Origin: Planctomycetota bacterium
GTDB lineage: Bacteria; Planctomycetota; PLA2; JAEUHO01
Direction: 5' to 3'
NCBI GenBank assembly: GCA_965223505.1
Contig: CBDCWP010000021.1
Location: 352,001 to 416,000, forward strand
DNA: 64,000 nt
How positions within the stretch are numbered: position 1 is the first letter of the stretch; the number at the start of each line of letters is the position of its first letter. The translations under genes and the position numbers were made by a program. The notes beneath the pieces are model-generated. The model was not told the DNA's origin. It worked only from the letters and a program-made list of their open reading frames with translations, and made no database searches. Below are positions 52,016-62,597 of this stretch, piece by piece.

Positions 52016-52750
52016 ATGTCGAGATCGCGTGCCAGGGTGTGGGAGGGCGTGAAGGCGCTTCTGGTCGTAGGGATCTGGATCCCCCTGTTTGCGACCGTGC
52101 CGATGATCCTCGGCGGTTCACTCTGGAAGCGCTTCGGGTTCGAGTCGGATCTTCCGCTGCGTCACATGACGCAGGCCGCCCCTTGCGGCCTGGTCGTGGT
52201 CGCGATCATCGTGGCGACGGGTCGGAGCAGACTCTTCAAGCCCGTCCGTCCGTCCCGCCCGTGGGTCTTCTTGCTCTTCGCTCCCCTCATGGCCGTGAAC
52301 GTCGTTCGCGGCCCCTTCGTGGACGCCAGCGCGGCCTTCTTCGTGGCCGCCGCGGCCGACTGCCTGCTCATCGGTTTCTGGGAGGAGTTCGCCTTCCGCG
52401 GACTCGTGCAGGAGCGCCTCCGGGTTCTGGGTCCGCGTCTCGGACTGCTGACTACGGCGGTCCTCTTCGGGCTGATCCACGCAAACGAGGGCGCGCTCCC
52501 AGTGCTCATCGCGTTCGGGATCGGTCTCGCATTCTCCGTGGCGCGTGACGACATCGGAATGTGGCCGCTCGTCTTGATCCACGCGACGATCGACTTCATG
52601 AGCGACATCTTCGTCAGTGAGTGGGAGCACCAATTCAGAGTCGGGGCAGCCCTCGTGGCGATCTACGGGCTGTTCGCGTTGGTCGTGCTCATGCGCCGAC
52701 GACCGAAGTCGCCTGAGCCCCTGCCTGCGGGAGGGCCCGAAGCCAACTAG
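52016..52750 (+). CDS. CPBP-family (CAAX/Abi) intramembrane metalloprotease
   Basis: Multiple TMs; WEEFAFRG, FGLIH, IHATID. Confidence 0.88.
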   Translation: MSRSRARVWEGVKALLVVGIWIPLFATVPMILGGSLWKRFGFESDLPLRHMTQAAPCGLVVVAIIVATGRSRLFKPVRPSRPWVFLLFAPLMAVNVVRGPFVDASAAFFVAAAADCLLIGFWEEFAFRGLVQERLRVLGPRLGLLTTAVLFGLIHANEGALPVLIAFGIGLAFSVARDDIGMWPLVLIHATIDFMSDIFVSEWEHQFRVGAALVAIYGLFALVVLMRRRPKSPEPLPAGGPEAN

Positions 52751-52779
52751 CGCCACAGACGCTCCACCCGTGCCGAATC

Positions 52780-52861
52780 ATGACCGAGTGGTCGGAAGCA
52801 CCGCTCGTGCCACCGACGAGGGTCAAACCTACCCGAGGGTTCGAATCCCTCTCCCTCCGCA
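52780..52861 (+). pseudogene. Degenerate tRNA-Ser copy / possible old att site
   Basis: D-arm-like ATGACCGAGTGGTCGGAAGCACCG and 3' half AGGGTCAAACCTACCCGAGGGTTCGAATCCCTCTCCCTCCGC, close to 26652-26692; anticodon arm, 5' acceptor strand and CCA are lost. Confidence 0.78.
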
Positions 52862-52921
52862 GCTTCACAGCCGCGAGAGGCAGGTACCTTGTTCGGGTCT
52901 TGGCACCTGGGAGTTGGGCCC

Positions 52922-53335
52922 ATGCGCATCCGCCTCGAGAGCGTCCCCGTCACGGATCAGGACCACGCGCTGCGCTTCTACACGGAGAAGCTCGGATTCG
53001 TGAAGAAGCAGGACATCCCGATGGGCGAGGGAACCCGGTTCCTCACCGTGGTGTCGCCCGACGAGCCGGACGCCTGCGAGCTCATGCTGGAGCCCAATGG
53101 CGAGCATCCGGCCACAAGGGTGTACAAGCAGGCTCTCTATGCCGAGGGGATCCCCGTGACGGCATTCCTCGTGGACGACTGCCAGGCGGAGTACGAGCGG
53201 CTCTTGGGGCTGGGTGTCGAGTTCAAGGGTGAGCCCGTGGACGCCGGCGCGGCCCTCATGGCGACCCTGGACGACACCTGTGGCAACCTGATCATGATCT
53301 ACGAGGAGAAGGCGGGCGACGCCGCATCGGCGTAG
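52922..53335 (+). CDS. VOC-family (glyoxalase/bleomycin resistance) protein
   Basis: SVPVTDQDHALRFYTEKLGF..ELMLEP..FLVDDCQAEYERL..GVEF..DDTCGNLI. Confidence 0.9.
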   Translation: MRIRLESVPVTDQDHALRFYTEKLGFVKKQDIPMGEGTRFLTVVSPDEPDACELMLEPNGEHPATRVYKQALYAEGIPVTAFLVDDCQAEYERLLGLGVEFKGEPVDAGAALMATLDDTCGNLIMIYEEKAGDAASA

Positions 53336-53750
53336 GGTACAGGCTCGACCGACTCAAGAAGGAGATGTTCTTGACGGGCGCAGCGGATCGGCGAGATCGA
53401 CTGGGCGTTCGCGGTGGAGTACGGCACTAGGCCAGAGACGCTCGCCTAGCACTCCGTCTGTCGGGGTCCACGTCACCGCATCACCCCTGCCGCGGCTATG
53501 GCAACAACCACGATCCAGAATGTGCGCAAGTCGTGCTCCGCCGGGGCGATGAGCGCCCGCTATCGTTCACACCGCGCATGATAGAGGCGGGTCGCGAATC
53601 GTTGGCGTGGATGGCGCGCTTGCGAAGACATCCGGTGCGGACCGTCCGAATGTCGTAGCAACTCAACGCACTTCGTACCTCGTTGCGGGTTGCGCGGGCG
53701 GGTTGGGCGGTGAGACAATCATGTCATAGGTCGCATTTGGAGGTGATTCA

Positions 53751-54173
53751 ATGAGGACGTTGTTGTCGGTCGTTGCCGCGATGTTGGTAACTTCGGGACT
53801 TGCTCTCGACGCTGCGCACGCAAAGAAGACGCGCGAGATCGTGGTTGTCGGCTCGAAAGTGAAAGACGTGATTCGTGAGGCAGGGCTGCGCTCCGATGGC
53901 GAGCTCGTGCAGGCCATCGACCGCGAGATCCATCGCTGGCTTCAGGAAGCCCATCAGCGTGCGCAAAGGAACGGTCGCAAGACGGAGCTTGCGCACGACC
54001 TTCCGTGCCTGCCGCACGTCACCGGACGCGAGCTCATCGTGATGGCGATCGGACTCCGATCGGACGGCGAACTGGTGCAGGCGGTTTCCGACAAGGTGCA
54101 CGAGATGCTGGGAGCCGCGATTCACCGCTGCACCAGCAACGGCCGGAGCACCGTTCGTCCGTACGACCTCTAG
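53751..54173 (+). CDS. Bacterial histone-fold protein (Bd0055/DUF1931-like), tandem folds with N-terminal signal-peptide-like segment
   Basis: GGAGG RBS; VVVGSKVKDVI..NGRKTELAHDL and a second repeat ..NGRSTVRPYDL; both carry the RxTxxxxD histone motif. Confidence 0.8.
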   Translation: MRTLLSVVAAMLVTSGLALDAAHAKKTREIVVVGSKVKDVIREAGLRSDGELVQAIDREIHRWLQEAHQRAQRNGRKTELAHDLPCLPHVTGRELIVMAIGLRSDGELVQAVSDKVHEMLGAAIHRCTSNGRSTVRPYDL

Positions 54174-54398
54174 GGGGTCCGTCCGGGTACCGAACCGGGT
54201 GGTAGTTCACCGGACTGTCGGTCGATCGCTACCGGGTACGGATCCGTCATGATTGCGGTGACCTGCACCCATCTCCCCATGTGCATTTCGCCAGACCGGT
54301 GAACTGGTTACGTAGTCGTTGGAATCGAGCCGGTCTCGGCCCCCACCCTCGCAGTCAACTTCATGAGTTGGTCGACGCCCGGCAGTGCTCCAAGCGCC

Positions 54399-54702
54399 TC
54401 ACGCGCCGTGACGCCCCGTGAGCGCGAGTTCGTATCAAGGCTCCTGCGTGTGCCCAATCACCTTCTGCGCATCGACGTGCACGACCTGGGAGTCGTCAAC
54501 GATGGCGACGCAACGATCCGGGCGCACAACGTCGTTCTCAGGTGCTGCCCAGATTGCGTGGTCCTTCCAGGGCGTGCCGGGGTGCGCCGCCATGAGGCCG
54601 TCGCATACGCCTGAAGACGTAGCCTCCAGGGTTCGTGCTCAACCACCGCTCATACCCGTCTTCGTCTCCTTTGAAGCGGACCACCTTCGACTCGTGGTTC
54701 AC
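54399..54702 (-). pseudogene. Mosaic of degraded gene fragments
   Basis: One frame reads VVRFKGDEDGYERWLSTNPGGYVF; from ~54612 another frame reads GVCDGLMAAH..AIVDDSQVVHVDAQK (RusA-like flavour) with an internal stop at 54435-54437. Confidence 0.33.
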
Positions 54703-54732
54703 AGTGATCTCCCTTCGGTCCTAGGGCGGCTG

Positions 54733-56001
54733 CTAGCTTCGCGCCGTCGAAGAAGGGCTCCCCGCCCCGACGTCCGCCCGGTACTCGTCCAACACCCGCT
54801 CGAGAATCGCGACGTCCGATTCGAACGTCTCGGGCAGCAGCGGGCCGAACGAGAAGCGGAACCAGTTTGCGTACGGCGACACGTAGGCCGGGTCCTTGTC
54901 GTGCGGCCGCGCCATGTCGCAGTCCTTGCCCTCGAGAATCGCGGCGCCGTGCTCGAACAGGCGTCGGTTCAGCTCGCTCGCATTCAAGCCCTCCGGCAGC
55001 TTCATCCAGTGGTAGAAGCCGCCGTCTCCGGTGAAGACCTCGAGACCCATCCGTTCGAAGGCCTCGCCGTACCGGGCGCGCTGCCTGCCGTAATGGCGCT
55101 CCACCGCCTCGCGCGCCAACGCCACGCGGCTCGGCTCCAGAAGCTCGACTGCATAGTGTTGCGACGGGTGGCTCACGCCGCCCATGCCGAAGCTGGAGAA
55201 GTTCGACAGGGTCTCGACGTTCTTCTTGCTGGCGATGATCCAACCGATGCGGATACCGGGACACTGCAGCCCCTTGGTGCACGCCCCTGCGAGGAACACG
55301 TTGCTGTCATCCAGGTTCTTGACGTATTGGATGCCGCTGACGCCCTTCGACGCGTGGAACATCTCGTAGGCCTCGTCGAGCAGGATGCCGTTGCCCGGCT
55401 GCTCCGCCATGGCGATCAGCTCCTTCAGCTCGGCGCCGGCGCGGGTGTGGCCGGTCGGATTGCCGGGGTTGGAGATGATCGGCATCAGATGGGTCTTGTG
55501 ATTCAGGCCGGCCCGATCGAAGTAGGCCGCGTTGGGCGGATGGAAACCGTTCTCCTCCGTGAACGGCACGACCCGCCAGCTGGTCTGCGTCTGCGTCATG
55601 ATGTCGAGGTACGCCGGCCACTCGGCGTTGCCGATCCGCACCTCGACGTGCTTCTTCATGAACGCCAGGACCGCGAAGATGCCGGGCCGACCCCCGGCGA
55701 ACACCATCACGTTCTCCGGCGTGATGCGCGAGCCGTAGAACGAGTTGTAGTACTCGACGAGCGCCTCTCTGAGCTTCGGATGCCCCCATGCCTTCGGGTA
55801 GAAGCGGTCCTCCCACGTCACCTCGACGCTGCTCGGCAGCGGCGGCCCGCCCTCGAGCTGCGTCGTCAGCGGGAACCCCTGGGACCAGGGGTGTGTGCCC
55901 TCGGTTCCCATGAACCGTCCGAAGCTGTCACGGAAGGCATAGAGGGTCTCGTAGATGCCCATGGGCGGGCAGTCGTCGGACAGGAAGGAGTCACGTTGCA
56001 T
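54733..56001 (-). CDS. PLP-dependent aminotransferase class I/II
   Basis: SNPGNPTG, LLDEAY, ACTKGLQCPGIRIGW, GGFY, FRFSF. Confidence 0.9.
   Translation of the reverse strand: MQRDSFLSDDCPPMGIYETLYAFRDSFGRFMGTEGTHPWSQGFPLTTQLEGGPPLPSSVEVTWEDRFYPKAWGHPKLREALVEYYNSFYGSRITPENVMVFAGGRPGIFAVLAFMKKHVEVRIGNAEWPAYLDIMTQTQTSWRVVPFTEENGFHPPNAAYFDRAGLNHKTHLMPIISNPGNPTGHTRAGAELKELIAMAEQPGNGILLDEAYEMFHASKGVSGIQYVKNLDDSNVFLAGACTKGLQCPGIRIGWIIASKKNVETLSNFSSFGMGGVSHPSQHYAVELLEPSRVALAREAVERHYGRQRARYGEAFERMGLEVFTGDGGFYHWMKLPEGLNASELNRRLFEHGAAILEGKDCDMARPHDKDPAYVSPYANWFRFSFGPLLPETFESDVAILERVLDEYRADVGAGSPSSTARS
54767..55172 (-). repeat. 406-bp direct repeat copy within the intact aminotransferase gene
   Basis: Matches 43684-44089. 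Confidence 0.95.
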
Positions 56002-56196
56002 GAGGTCGGTTGCCGGAACGGTTGGGGCCCCCGAAGGGCGGGAGCCCCGGGGACGGGCGTCGGGCTGGCGTGGCGGATTGTAGCGACCGCAACCTCCGGC
56101 CGCTGCCACCCGTCTCCTTCATGCGATGCGCGCGCATTCCGGAACTGCGGGGATCGGACCTGTCGAGGGGGACGAGACCCTCTCCGTTCGCCACAC

Positions 56197-56691
56197 TCAG
56201 TCCTGCAACTGCAGGAGAAGACGCTCGAGCGCGCCTTCCGCTCAGCACGAGACTTGGAGTCTGCCGCCCTCGATGGGCGCGCGAACTCGGTGAAGCGTCA
56301 CGATCGTTCCGCCGATCACGACCGCGGCTCGACTCGCCTTGGACGTCAGCGCCGCGAGCGTCTTGCCGGCCTCGGGACGCAAGGTGAGAAGCAGCGCCGG
56401 CCGTCCGTCGGCCTCGCCCTCGGTCGGCGGCTTCGCCAGCTCGAGCGGTGCATGGCCTCGCACCCGCAAGAGCACGTACTCCGGCGCAAGCTGCGAACCA
56501 CCAGCGATGAACTGCCGATCGTAGGTGAGGACGCGTGTCTCGGCGTCGGGCGTCGGCAGTGCGCCGGGGTCGCCTTCGACGGCCAGTACCTCGTAGACGC
56601 CATCCTTCAACGCAGCGGGCGGCGGAACGGGCTCAGGGTCCGAACACCCGCACGCACCTGCGAGCAGGACAAGGGAGAGACAAAGCCGCAT
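56197..56691 (-). CDS. Lipoprotein (SecDF P1-head-like); possible Cys-Sec readthrough of TGA at 56242-56244
   Basis: ATG 56691, lipoprotein-type signal MRLCLSLVLLAGACGC. The ORF ends RLQVSC-TGA, followed in frame by AEGALERLLLQLQD-TGA(56197). Without readthrough the CDS is 56242-56691. Confidence 0.65.
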
Positions 56692-56720
56692 GCGTTCCTC
56701 CTTGCGGCGACGCACCGCCG

Positions 56721-59700
56721 TCATTCGTCGGCATTCGTCAACTCGACGAGCCGCTTGCGCCAGGTGTCGGCTTGCTTCGTCTTGCCCCACGCCTCGTAGA
56801 GCCCGATGATGCGCTCGAGCGCCGCTTTCTTGCGGCGGCCCCAGGGTTCGGGCGGGTCGATCTTCTCGTACGCCTCGAGCAGCATCGACTCCGCCTCGTC
56901 GAACTTCCGTTGCGCAGTGAGGGCTTCCCCCAGGATGCTGCGCACGTTGGCGAGCAGCCAGTGATCCGCCGGCAGGGCCTTCTCACGGATGGAGACGGCC
57001 CTCCGCAGGAGCGCCTCCGCCACCTTCGCCTTGCCCGCGCGCAGCGTTAGGACTCCGGCGAGCAACGCGTGCACGGCATGGTTGGGGTCGTCAGCGCCGA
57101 GACACCTCTCCTGGGTCTCGCGAAGAAGCGTCACCGCCCGTTCGGCTTTGGGATGCTCCGCGTCGACGAGCGCCGAGGCCGCCAAGCGAAGCGTGAGACA
57201 CAGCTCCTCGGGATGCACCGGGAGCCCGCCGAGCTGCTCGAGCAAGGGTGCGAACTTCTGGGCCGCCTCCTTCTGCTCGCCGACCATGGCGAGACGCACC
57301 GCCCAGGCCGTTTCGTACATGCGGGTCTCCACGGATGCCGCGCCGTGCAGCCGCCGGCCGAGCTGGGCAGCTTCGGCCGCGAGCTCGACTGCCTGCTTCG
57401 GAGGCGCCACGAAGGAGAGTTGGTGCGCCGCGGCGGCTACGAGGGCGTGCTCGCCGAGGTGTTCCCGCGCGATGGTCAGAACGTCCTGCCGAACGCGCCG
57501 CGACGCATCGAGCTGTCCGGCTGCGTCGTAGGCCGCGGCAAGCTCGAGCCGTATGCCCAGCAGCTCCGGATTCTGCGCGGGCCAAGCGTCTTGCAGCGTC
57601 GCAACCGCGTTGCTCATCTGCTCGACCGCCTCCGTCAGCTCTCCCGCCGAGAACAACGCGCGTCCAAGTATCATCTGCGCGCCTGCGTTCTCGAGATCCG
57701 CATCGGGGCTGACTTCGGCCGTCAAGGCGACGAGCTCGCGCGCGGCCGCGGATGCCTCGGGATGGGCGGTGGCCACGAGCGACAGGGTCGCATTCAGAAG
57801 CACCGTCCGGCGACTTTCCGGATCCGGGTTGAGCTTGGCCAGATGAGGCAACACGCTCGCAAACAGCGGCGCGGCCTCTTCGTGGCGCCCGGATGCCGCA
57901 AGTGCCATCGCAATATGACGCTCGTAGAGACGCGTGTTCGCGTGGGTCGCTCCCTGCACCCTGCGGCTCATCGCTACGGCCTCCTCCAGAAGCTCGAGCT
58001 GTTCCGAGAGCTCGACGTGAAAGGCGAGGAAAGCCGTGGCCTCCGCCGTGATCGCATGGTCTCCGAGCTTGGTACGCGCCTCTTCGCGCAGGCTTCGCAC
58101 GATGGTTCGCGCGGCTTGGGCGTCGCCTTGCGTTTTGAGCGCCGCCACGAGCACGCCAACCGTGTTCAGGATGTCCCGACCGGGCTTGTCGTAGGCGGCG
58201 CGCAGACCGCGCAGGACCCCGCGCAGCGTACGCACCGCATCGTCCGTGCGACCCTCGGCCAACATCCGTCTTGGTTGGCCGCAACAGCCAGCGCTGCACT
58301 CGGGGAAGTGCTCTTTCCGCACCCGCGCGAAGGCCGTGACGACCGCGTCCACGTCTTTCTTCGGGGAGCCGGCCTGCACCGCGACCAGTGCGCAGCCGAG
58401 CGACTTCGCGCGCTCCGCAGGCTTCGGCAGGAGCGTCTCGAGCTTCGGCAGGACCTCGACGAAGAGCGGCGCCGCGGCCGCGTCGTCGCCGGCGACATGC
58501 AAACGGTCGGCGAGGTCGAGCTTCGCGCGCAGCGTCTGGAGCTCCCCGGGCATCTCGCGCTCCAACCAAGCCAGCGCCTTGCGCTGAAACGCGATGCTCT
58601 CTGCCATCAGTGCAAGCTCCTGGGTTCGGTCCCCGCGGTCGTGTGCGAAACCGGCCAGCTCGTACAGGGCCTTGGAGAGCGGTCTGAGGTCGCTCTCCTC
58701 CTCCGGGTCGAGCAGCTCGCGGGCGCGGGAGTAGGCGCGACGGGACTCGTCGAGGCTCCCGTGGCGTTTCATCGTCCCTCCCAGCCAAGCAAACGCCCAG
58801 CCCCGCGGGGTCTTCTTCAGGCGCCGCTCCAGCGCCGCGCGTGCCTTGGCGGCCTGGGGATGCTTCGTGACCAGCAGCGTGTCGGTCGCTCGGGTGAGGA
58901 CGTGCAGCCACGACTCGTCCGAAAAGCCCCCGAACATCTGGTCGTCCATACGTTCGAGGACGTCGACATAGATCTCGGCGGCTTCGGCGTGGTTCTCGAC
59001 GCCGTGGAGGGCGCTGGCGAGGCGCATGCGCAAGTCCCAAGTCACAGGGTGGTCGGAACCGCGCACTGCGGTGCAGATCTCCAGCGCTTCGCGACAGAGA
59101 CGAACCCCTTCCGCCGGCGAGACGAACACACCCATCGTCGACAGCACCGACGCGGTGAGCATCGGGTCCTGGGACGCGCGCGCCAGCTCGCCTGCCTCTT
59201 CGGCGAGGGAGCGCGCCTCCTGAATGCGCCCCTGCTGGTACACCGAGCGGACGAGGTGGGACAGGGTGTACACGGCGCGGGGACTGCCACGCCCGTGTGC
59301 GCGGCGGTAGATCTCGAGGGCCTTTCGCACGCTCGCCTCCGCCCGGGCCCAGTCACGGGCGGCATTCTGCATCCTGCCTCGTTCGAGGTGGAGGTGCCCC
59401 ACCGTGGGGTGGCCGGCGGGCAGGATGCGGTCCGCCATCTCGAAGGCCTCGTCCAGGTGGCGAATTGCGGCCTCGTCGTCGCCGCGCGAATGCGCGTTGT
59501 AGGCCAAGTTGCTGAGCGCCAGCACGACCTCGGGGTGCTCCCCCCAGTGGGCGCGCTGCATCATGACGCCCTCCTCCAGGATCGGGCGGGCCTCCTCGTG
59601 GCGGCCCATTCGCTCGAGGGACAGCGCGACGTTGCCGAGCGCGACGCCCACGAAGGCGCTGGATTCGCCGTGGGTTCGGCGCTTGATGGCCAGGTCCCGC

Positions 59701-61874
59701 CGGGCAAGCGCGAGGCCCTCTTCGTCCATGTCGAAGTTCGTCACGACCAGATACAGACCATTGACCATGAAGCCGGTCGCGCTGTGGTGCTCGCCGTACT
59801 GCTCCTCCGCAAACGCGAGCGCGCGCCGGGCCATCTCCAACGCCGCCTCCCGCTCGCCCCGAAAGGCAAGCACGAGGGCCAGCTCGCGCAGCGGCGCGCT
59901 TGCTCGCGGGTCGTCGCCGGGAAGCCGTTGCTCGGCGATGGCCAGGGCCTTCCGGAACTCTCGCTCCGCGCCCGTGAGGTCGCCGCGGCGCTTGCGCAGC
60001 CCGCCTTGAAGCACCAACGACTGGATGTGCTCCCGCGGCGCATCGACCGTTTCGAGCGTTGTGAGCGAGGCCGTGACCATCTCCTGCGCCTCGTCCACGC
60101 GAACGAGCTCGAGCAGGGAGCCGACGATGGCGTTGCGGATGCGGACCGCGGCCGCGCTCTCGAGACCAACGCGGCGCGCCGTCAGCTCGAGCGCCTTGCG
60201 GTAGGCAGCTTGGGCTTCCGCCCAGCGGCCGCGTGTGTCGAGCACCCGGCCCGTGGCGACGAGCGCATCGGTGAGGACCTCGTGGTCGGCCGGCAGCACC
60301 CCGTCGGCGTGCTTGCGCGCCAGGTCGAGGTGGCGCTGCCCCTCTTCGATGAGGCCCAGCCGCACGTATACCCCGCCCAGCAGGCCGTGGATGGTCGCAG
60401 CGACCTCCGGTTGATCGGCCAACGCGGCCGGGTCCAGCTCGCGATCGAACTCGTCGAGTAGCTCCTTCACGGTGAAGTTCGCACCGCGCACTTCGTCCGG
60501 ATCCGCCGCTCCGATCAGTCGTTTCATCAGGCCGACCACGGTCGTTGCGCGTTGCGCCTCCGTGCGCGCCTCGCGCTCTCGCGCCTCGGCGCGCTCCCGC
60601 TGGCGATCGGCTTCGACCCAAGCCGTCGTAGAGACGACCAGGCCCACCAGCAGTGCCGCGGTTACGAGTCCCGTCGCGACGACCGCTGCACGGTGGCGTC
60701 GCACGTACTTGCGCGCCCGGTACATCGCGCTCGGAGGCGTCGCCACGACGGCCTGGTCGGACAAGAACCGCTCGACGTCCATGGCGAGCGCATTCGCGGT
60801 CTCGTAGCGGCGGTTGCGGTCCTTCTCGAGCGCGCGCATGACGATCCAGTCGAGGTCGCCGCGCAGCAAGCGGCCGAGCATCTTGGGCTCGGTGTGCCGG
60901 TTGTGGGCAAGGACCGAGGCGTCCGCGCCGAGCGTGCTGACTCGCGTGCTGGGCTTGGGCGGGTCGACCTCGCGGATGTAGCGCAGGATCTCGCCGTAGC
61001 CCTCGCGCATCAGCGTCTCGAAGTCGAAGGGCTTCTTGCCCGTGAGGATCTCGTAGAGCAGGACGCCGAGCGAGTAGATGTCGGCGCGCGTGTCGATGTC
61101 CAGGCCGGAGAGCTCCGCCTGCTCGGGTGCCATGTACTCCGGGGTGCCGACCATCTGGCGGAACTCGGTGAACAGCGTCTTCTCCGTCAGGCGGTGGTCC
61201 GTGGCCTTGGCGATGCCGAAGTCGATCACCTTGGGCACGGGGCGCCCGTCGTGCAGGGTGACCAGGATGTTCGAGGGCTTGAGGTCGCGGTGGATGATTC
61301 CCTTCTGGTGGGCGTGCTGGATCGCGTGGCAGACCGGCTGGAAGAGCTTCAGCCGCTCGCGCGTGTCGAGCTTCGCCTCGTCGGCGTATTGCGTGATGGG
61401 AACGCCTTTCACGAGCTCCATCACGAAGTACGGATGGCCTCGCCGCGTGGTGCCGGCGTCCAGCACGCGCGCGATGTTGGGATGCTCCATCAGCGCCAGC
61501 GCCTGGCGCTCCGCCTCGAAACGGGCGATGACCTGCTTGGTGTCCATGCCGGGCTTGAGCACCTTGAGCGCCACCTTGCGGCGAACGGGCTCGATCTGCT
61601 CGGCCATGTAGACGACGCCGAAGCCGCCCTCACCGATCTGCTGGAGCAGCTTGTAGCGGTCGACGACCGCGCCGGGACCCTCGTCGGGGTGACGATCCTC
61701 GGCGTCTGGGTCGGCGAGGAACGCGCCCAGCTCATCGTGGGCCGCGAGCAGCGCCTCGATGCGCGCGCGCAAGGTCGCGTCCTCGCACGCCTCGTCCAGG
61801 AACGAGGTACGCTGCTCGGCCGGCTTATCGCGCGCCGCCTGGAAGAGCCGCTTGGCCTCGGCTTCGATACTCAT
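56721..61874 (-). CDS. Large Ser/Thr protein kinase with TPR array
   Basis: [42 protein letters not shown], TPRs; the ATG overlaps the sigma stop. Confidence 0.93.
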   Translation of the reverse strand: MSIEAEAKRLFQAARDKPAEQRTSFLDEACEDATLRARIEALLAAHDELGAFLADPDAEDRHPDEGPGAVVDRYKLLQQIGEGGFGVVYMAEQIEPVRRKVALKVLKPGMDTKQVIARFEAERQALALMEHPNIARVLDAGTTRRGHPYFVMELVKGVPITQYADEAKLDTRERLKLFQPVCHAIQHAHQKGIIHRDLKPSNILVTLHDGRPVPKVIDFGIAKATDHRLTEKTLFTEFRQMVGTPEYMAPEQAELSGLDIDTRADIYSLGVLLYEILTGKKPFDFETLMREGYGEILRYIREVDPPKPSTRVSTLGADASVLAHNRHTEPKMLGRLLRGDLDWIVMRALEKDRNRRYETANALAMDVERFLSDQAVVATPPSAMYRARKYVRRHRAAVVATGLVTAALLVGLVVSTTAWVEADRQRERAEAREREARTEAQRATTVVGLMKRLIGAADPDEVRGANFTVKELLDEFDRELDPAALADQPEVAATIHGLLGGVYVRLGLIEEGQRHLDLARKHADGVLPADHEVLTDALVATGRVLDTRGRWAEAQAAYRKALELTARRVGLESAAAVRIRNAIVGSLLELVRVDEAQEMVTASLTTLETVDAPREHIQSLVLQGGLRKRRGDLTGAEREFRKALAIAEQRLPGDDPRASAPLRELALVLAFRGEREAALEMARRALAFAEEQYGEHHSATGFMVNGLYLVVTNFDMDEEGLALARRDLAIKRRTHGESSAFVGVALGNVALSLERMGRHEEARPILEEGVMMQRAHWGEHPEVVLALSNLAYNAHSRGDDEAAIRHLDEAFEMADRILPAGHPTVGHLHLERGRMQNAARDWARAEASVRKALEIYRRAHGRGSPRAVYTLSHLVRSVYQQGRIQEARSLAEEAGELARASQDPMLTASVLSTMGVFVSPAEGVRLCREALEICTAVRGSDHPVTWDLRMRLASALHGVENHAEAAEIYVDVLERMDDQMFGGFSDESWLHVLTRATDTLLVTKHPQAAKARAALERRLKKTPRGWAFAWLGGTMKRHGSLDESRRAYSRARELLDPEEESDLRPLSKALYELAGFAHDRGDRTQELALMAESIAFQRKALAWLEREMPGELQTLRAKLDLADRLHVAGDDAAAAPLFVEVLPKLETLLPKPAERAKSLGCALVAVQAGSPKKDVDAVVTAFARVRKEHFPECSAGCCGQPRRMLAEGRTDDAVRTLRGVLRGLRAAYDKPGRDILNTVGVLVAALKTQGDAQAARTIVRSLREEARTKLGDHAITAEATAFLAFHVELSEQLELLEEAVAMSRRVQGATHANTRLYERHIAMALAASGRHEEAAPLFASVLPHLAKLNPDPESRRTVLLNATLSLVATAHPEASAAARELVALTAEVSPDADLENAGAQMILGRALFSAGELTEAVEQMSNAVATLQDAWPAQNPELLGIRLELAAAYDAAGQLDASRRVRQDVLTIAREHLGEHALVAAAAHQLSFVAPPKQAVELAAEAAQLGRRLHGAASVETRMYETAWAVRLAMVGEQKEAAQKFAPLLEQLGGLPVHPEELCLTLRLAASALVDAEHPKAERAVTLLRETQERCLGADDPNHAVHALLAGVLTLRAGKAKVAEALLRRAVSIREKALPADHWLLANVRSILGEALTAQRKFDEAESMLLEAYEKIDPPEPWGRRKKAALERIIGLYEAWGKTKQADTWRKRLVELTNADE

Positions 61875-62437
61875 GCCAACCTCTCGTAGAGCCACGCCTT
61901 GGCGTACGCCCAGTCACGCTCCACCGTCCGGAGGGGGATTCCCAGGACCTCCGCCGTCTGCGCGAGCTCGAGCCCCGCGAAGAGCCGGATGTGGACGATG
62001 GATCCCGCACGGGGGTCCACCTCTTCTAGGCGGCGGACGGCGTCCTCGACCGCCACGAGGGTCTCGAATTCCCCTCCGGAGACGATCTGGGCCAGGTCCG
62101 CTTGGATCCGAAGCCTCCCCCCGCCTCGCTTCCGCGTCGCGCGGGCGCGGGCGTGGTCGATGAGGATCTGGCGCATGGCGCGCGCTGCCGCTGCGTAGAA
62201 CTGGGCCCGGTCGGTGTACGTACGCCGGCGCTCCGCCTCCAGCTTGAGCCAGACCTCGTGGACGAGGGCCGTCGGCTGCAGCGTGTGGTCCCTCCGCTCG
62301 CCCTGCATGCGGTGCGCGGCCATCGCGCGCAGCTGGCCGTAGACGAGCGGAAGCAGCGCCTGCGGGTCTTCGCCGTCGTCAAGGTCCGCGGCGCGCAGGA
62401 TGCGAGAGATCTCGCCGGCGTCTGTGGGCGTGGTCAA
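61871..62437 (-). CDS. ECF sigma factor, planctomycete TIGR02999-like
   Basis: [50 protein letters not shown]. Confidence 0.92.
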   Translation of the reverse strand: MTTPTDAGEISRILRAADLDDGEDPQALLPLVYGQLRAMAAHRMQGERRDHTLQPTALVHEVWLKLEAERRRTYTDRAQFYAAAARAMRQILIDHARARATRKRGGGRLRIQADLAQIVSGGEFETLVAVEDAVRRLEEVDPRAGSIVHIRLFAGLELAQTAEVLGIPLRTVERDWAYAKAWLYERLA

Positions 62438-62597
62438 GCGCCTGCCCTCCTCGCTGGGAGTGTGCGGACTCTAGCACGGGGTCGACTCGGCGCTCGAGGC
62501 GGGCGGCCGAAGGGCTCGGGGTTCAGCCTCGAGCGAGGTCGGCGCTAGGTGAAGCGACGGTCGACGCGCCCGACCCGGTGTCGGTACCGTGGTGCGC

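Noticed and set aside
49425..52121. 898-aa ORF as one protein
   Set aside because: Only the last 254 aa (from ATG 50189) look protein-like; the rest is an off-frame overlap of the cusA/antiporter remnant.
54435..54437. Third Sec codon in the degraded minus-strand fragment (EP-TGA-YEL)
   Set aside because: No Cys/redox context and the fragment has no intact 5' end; a Trp-to-stop mutation is the simpler reading.
58260..58310. CSAGCCG as a metal-binding motif in the large kinase
   Set aside because: Isolated, not repeated in the other TPR units, and could be a locally shifted or diverged stretch; no support for a function.
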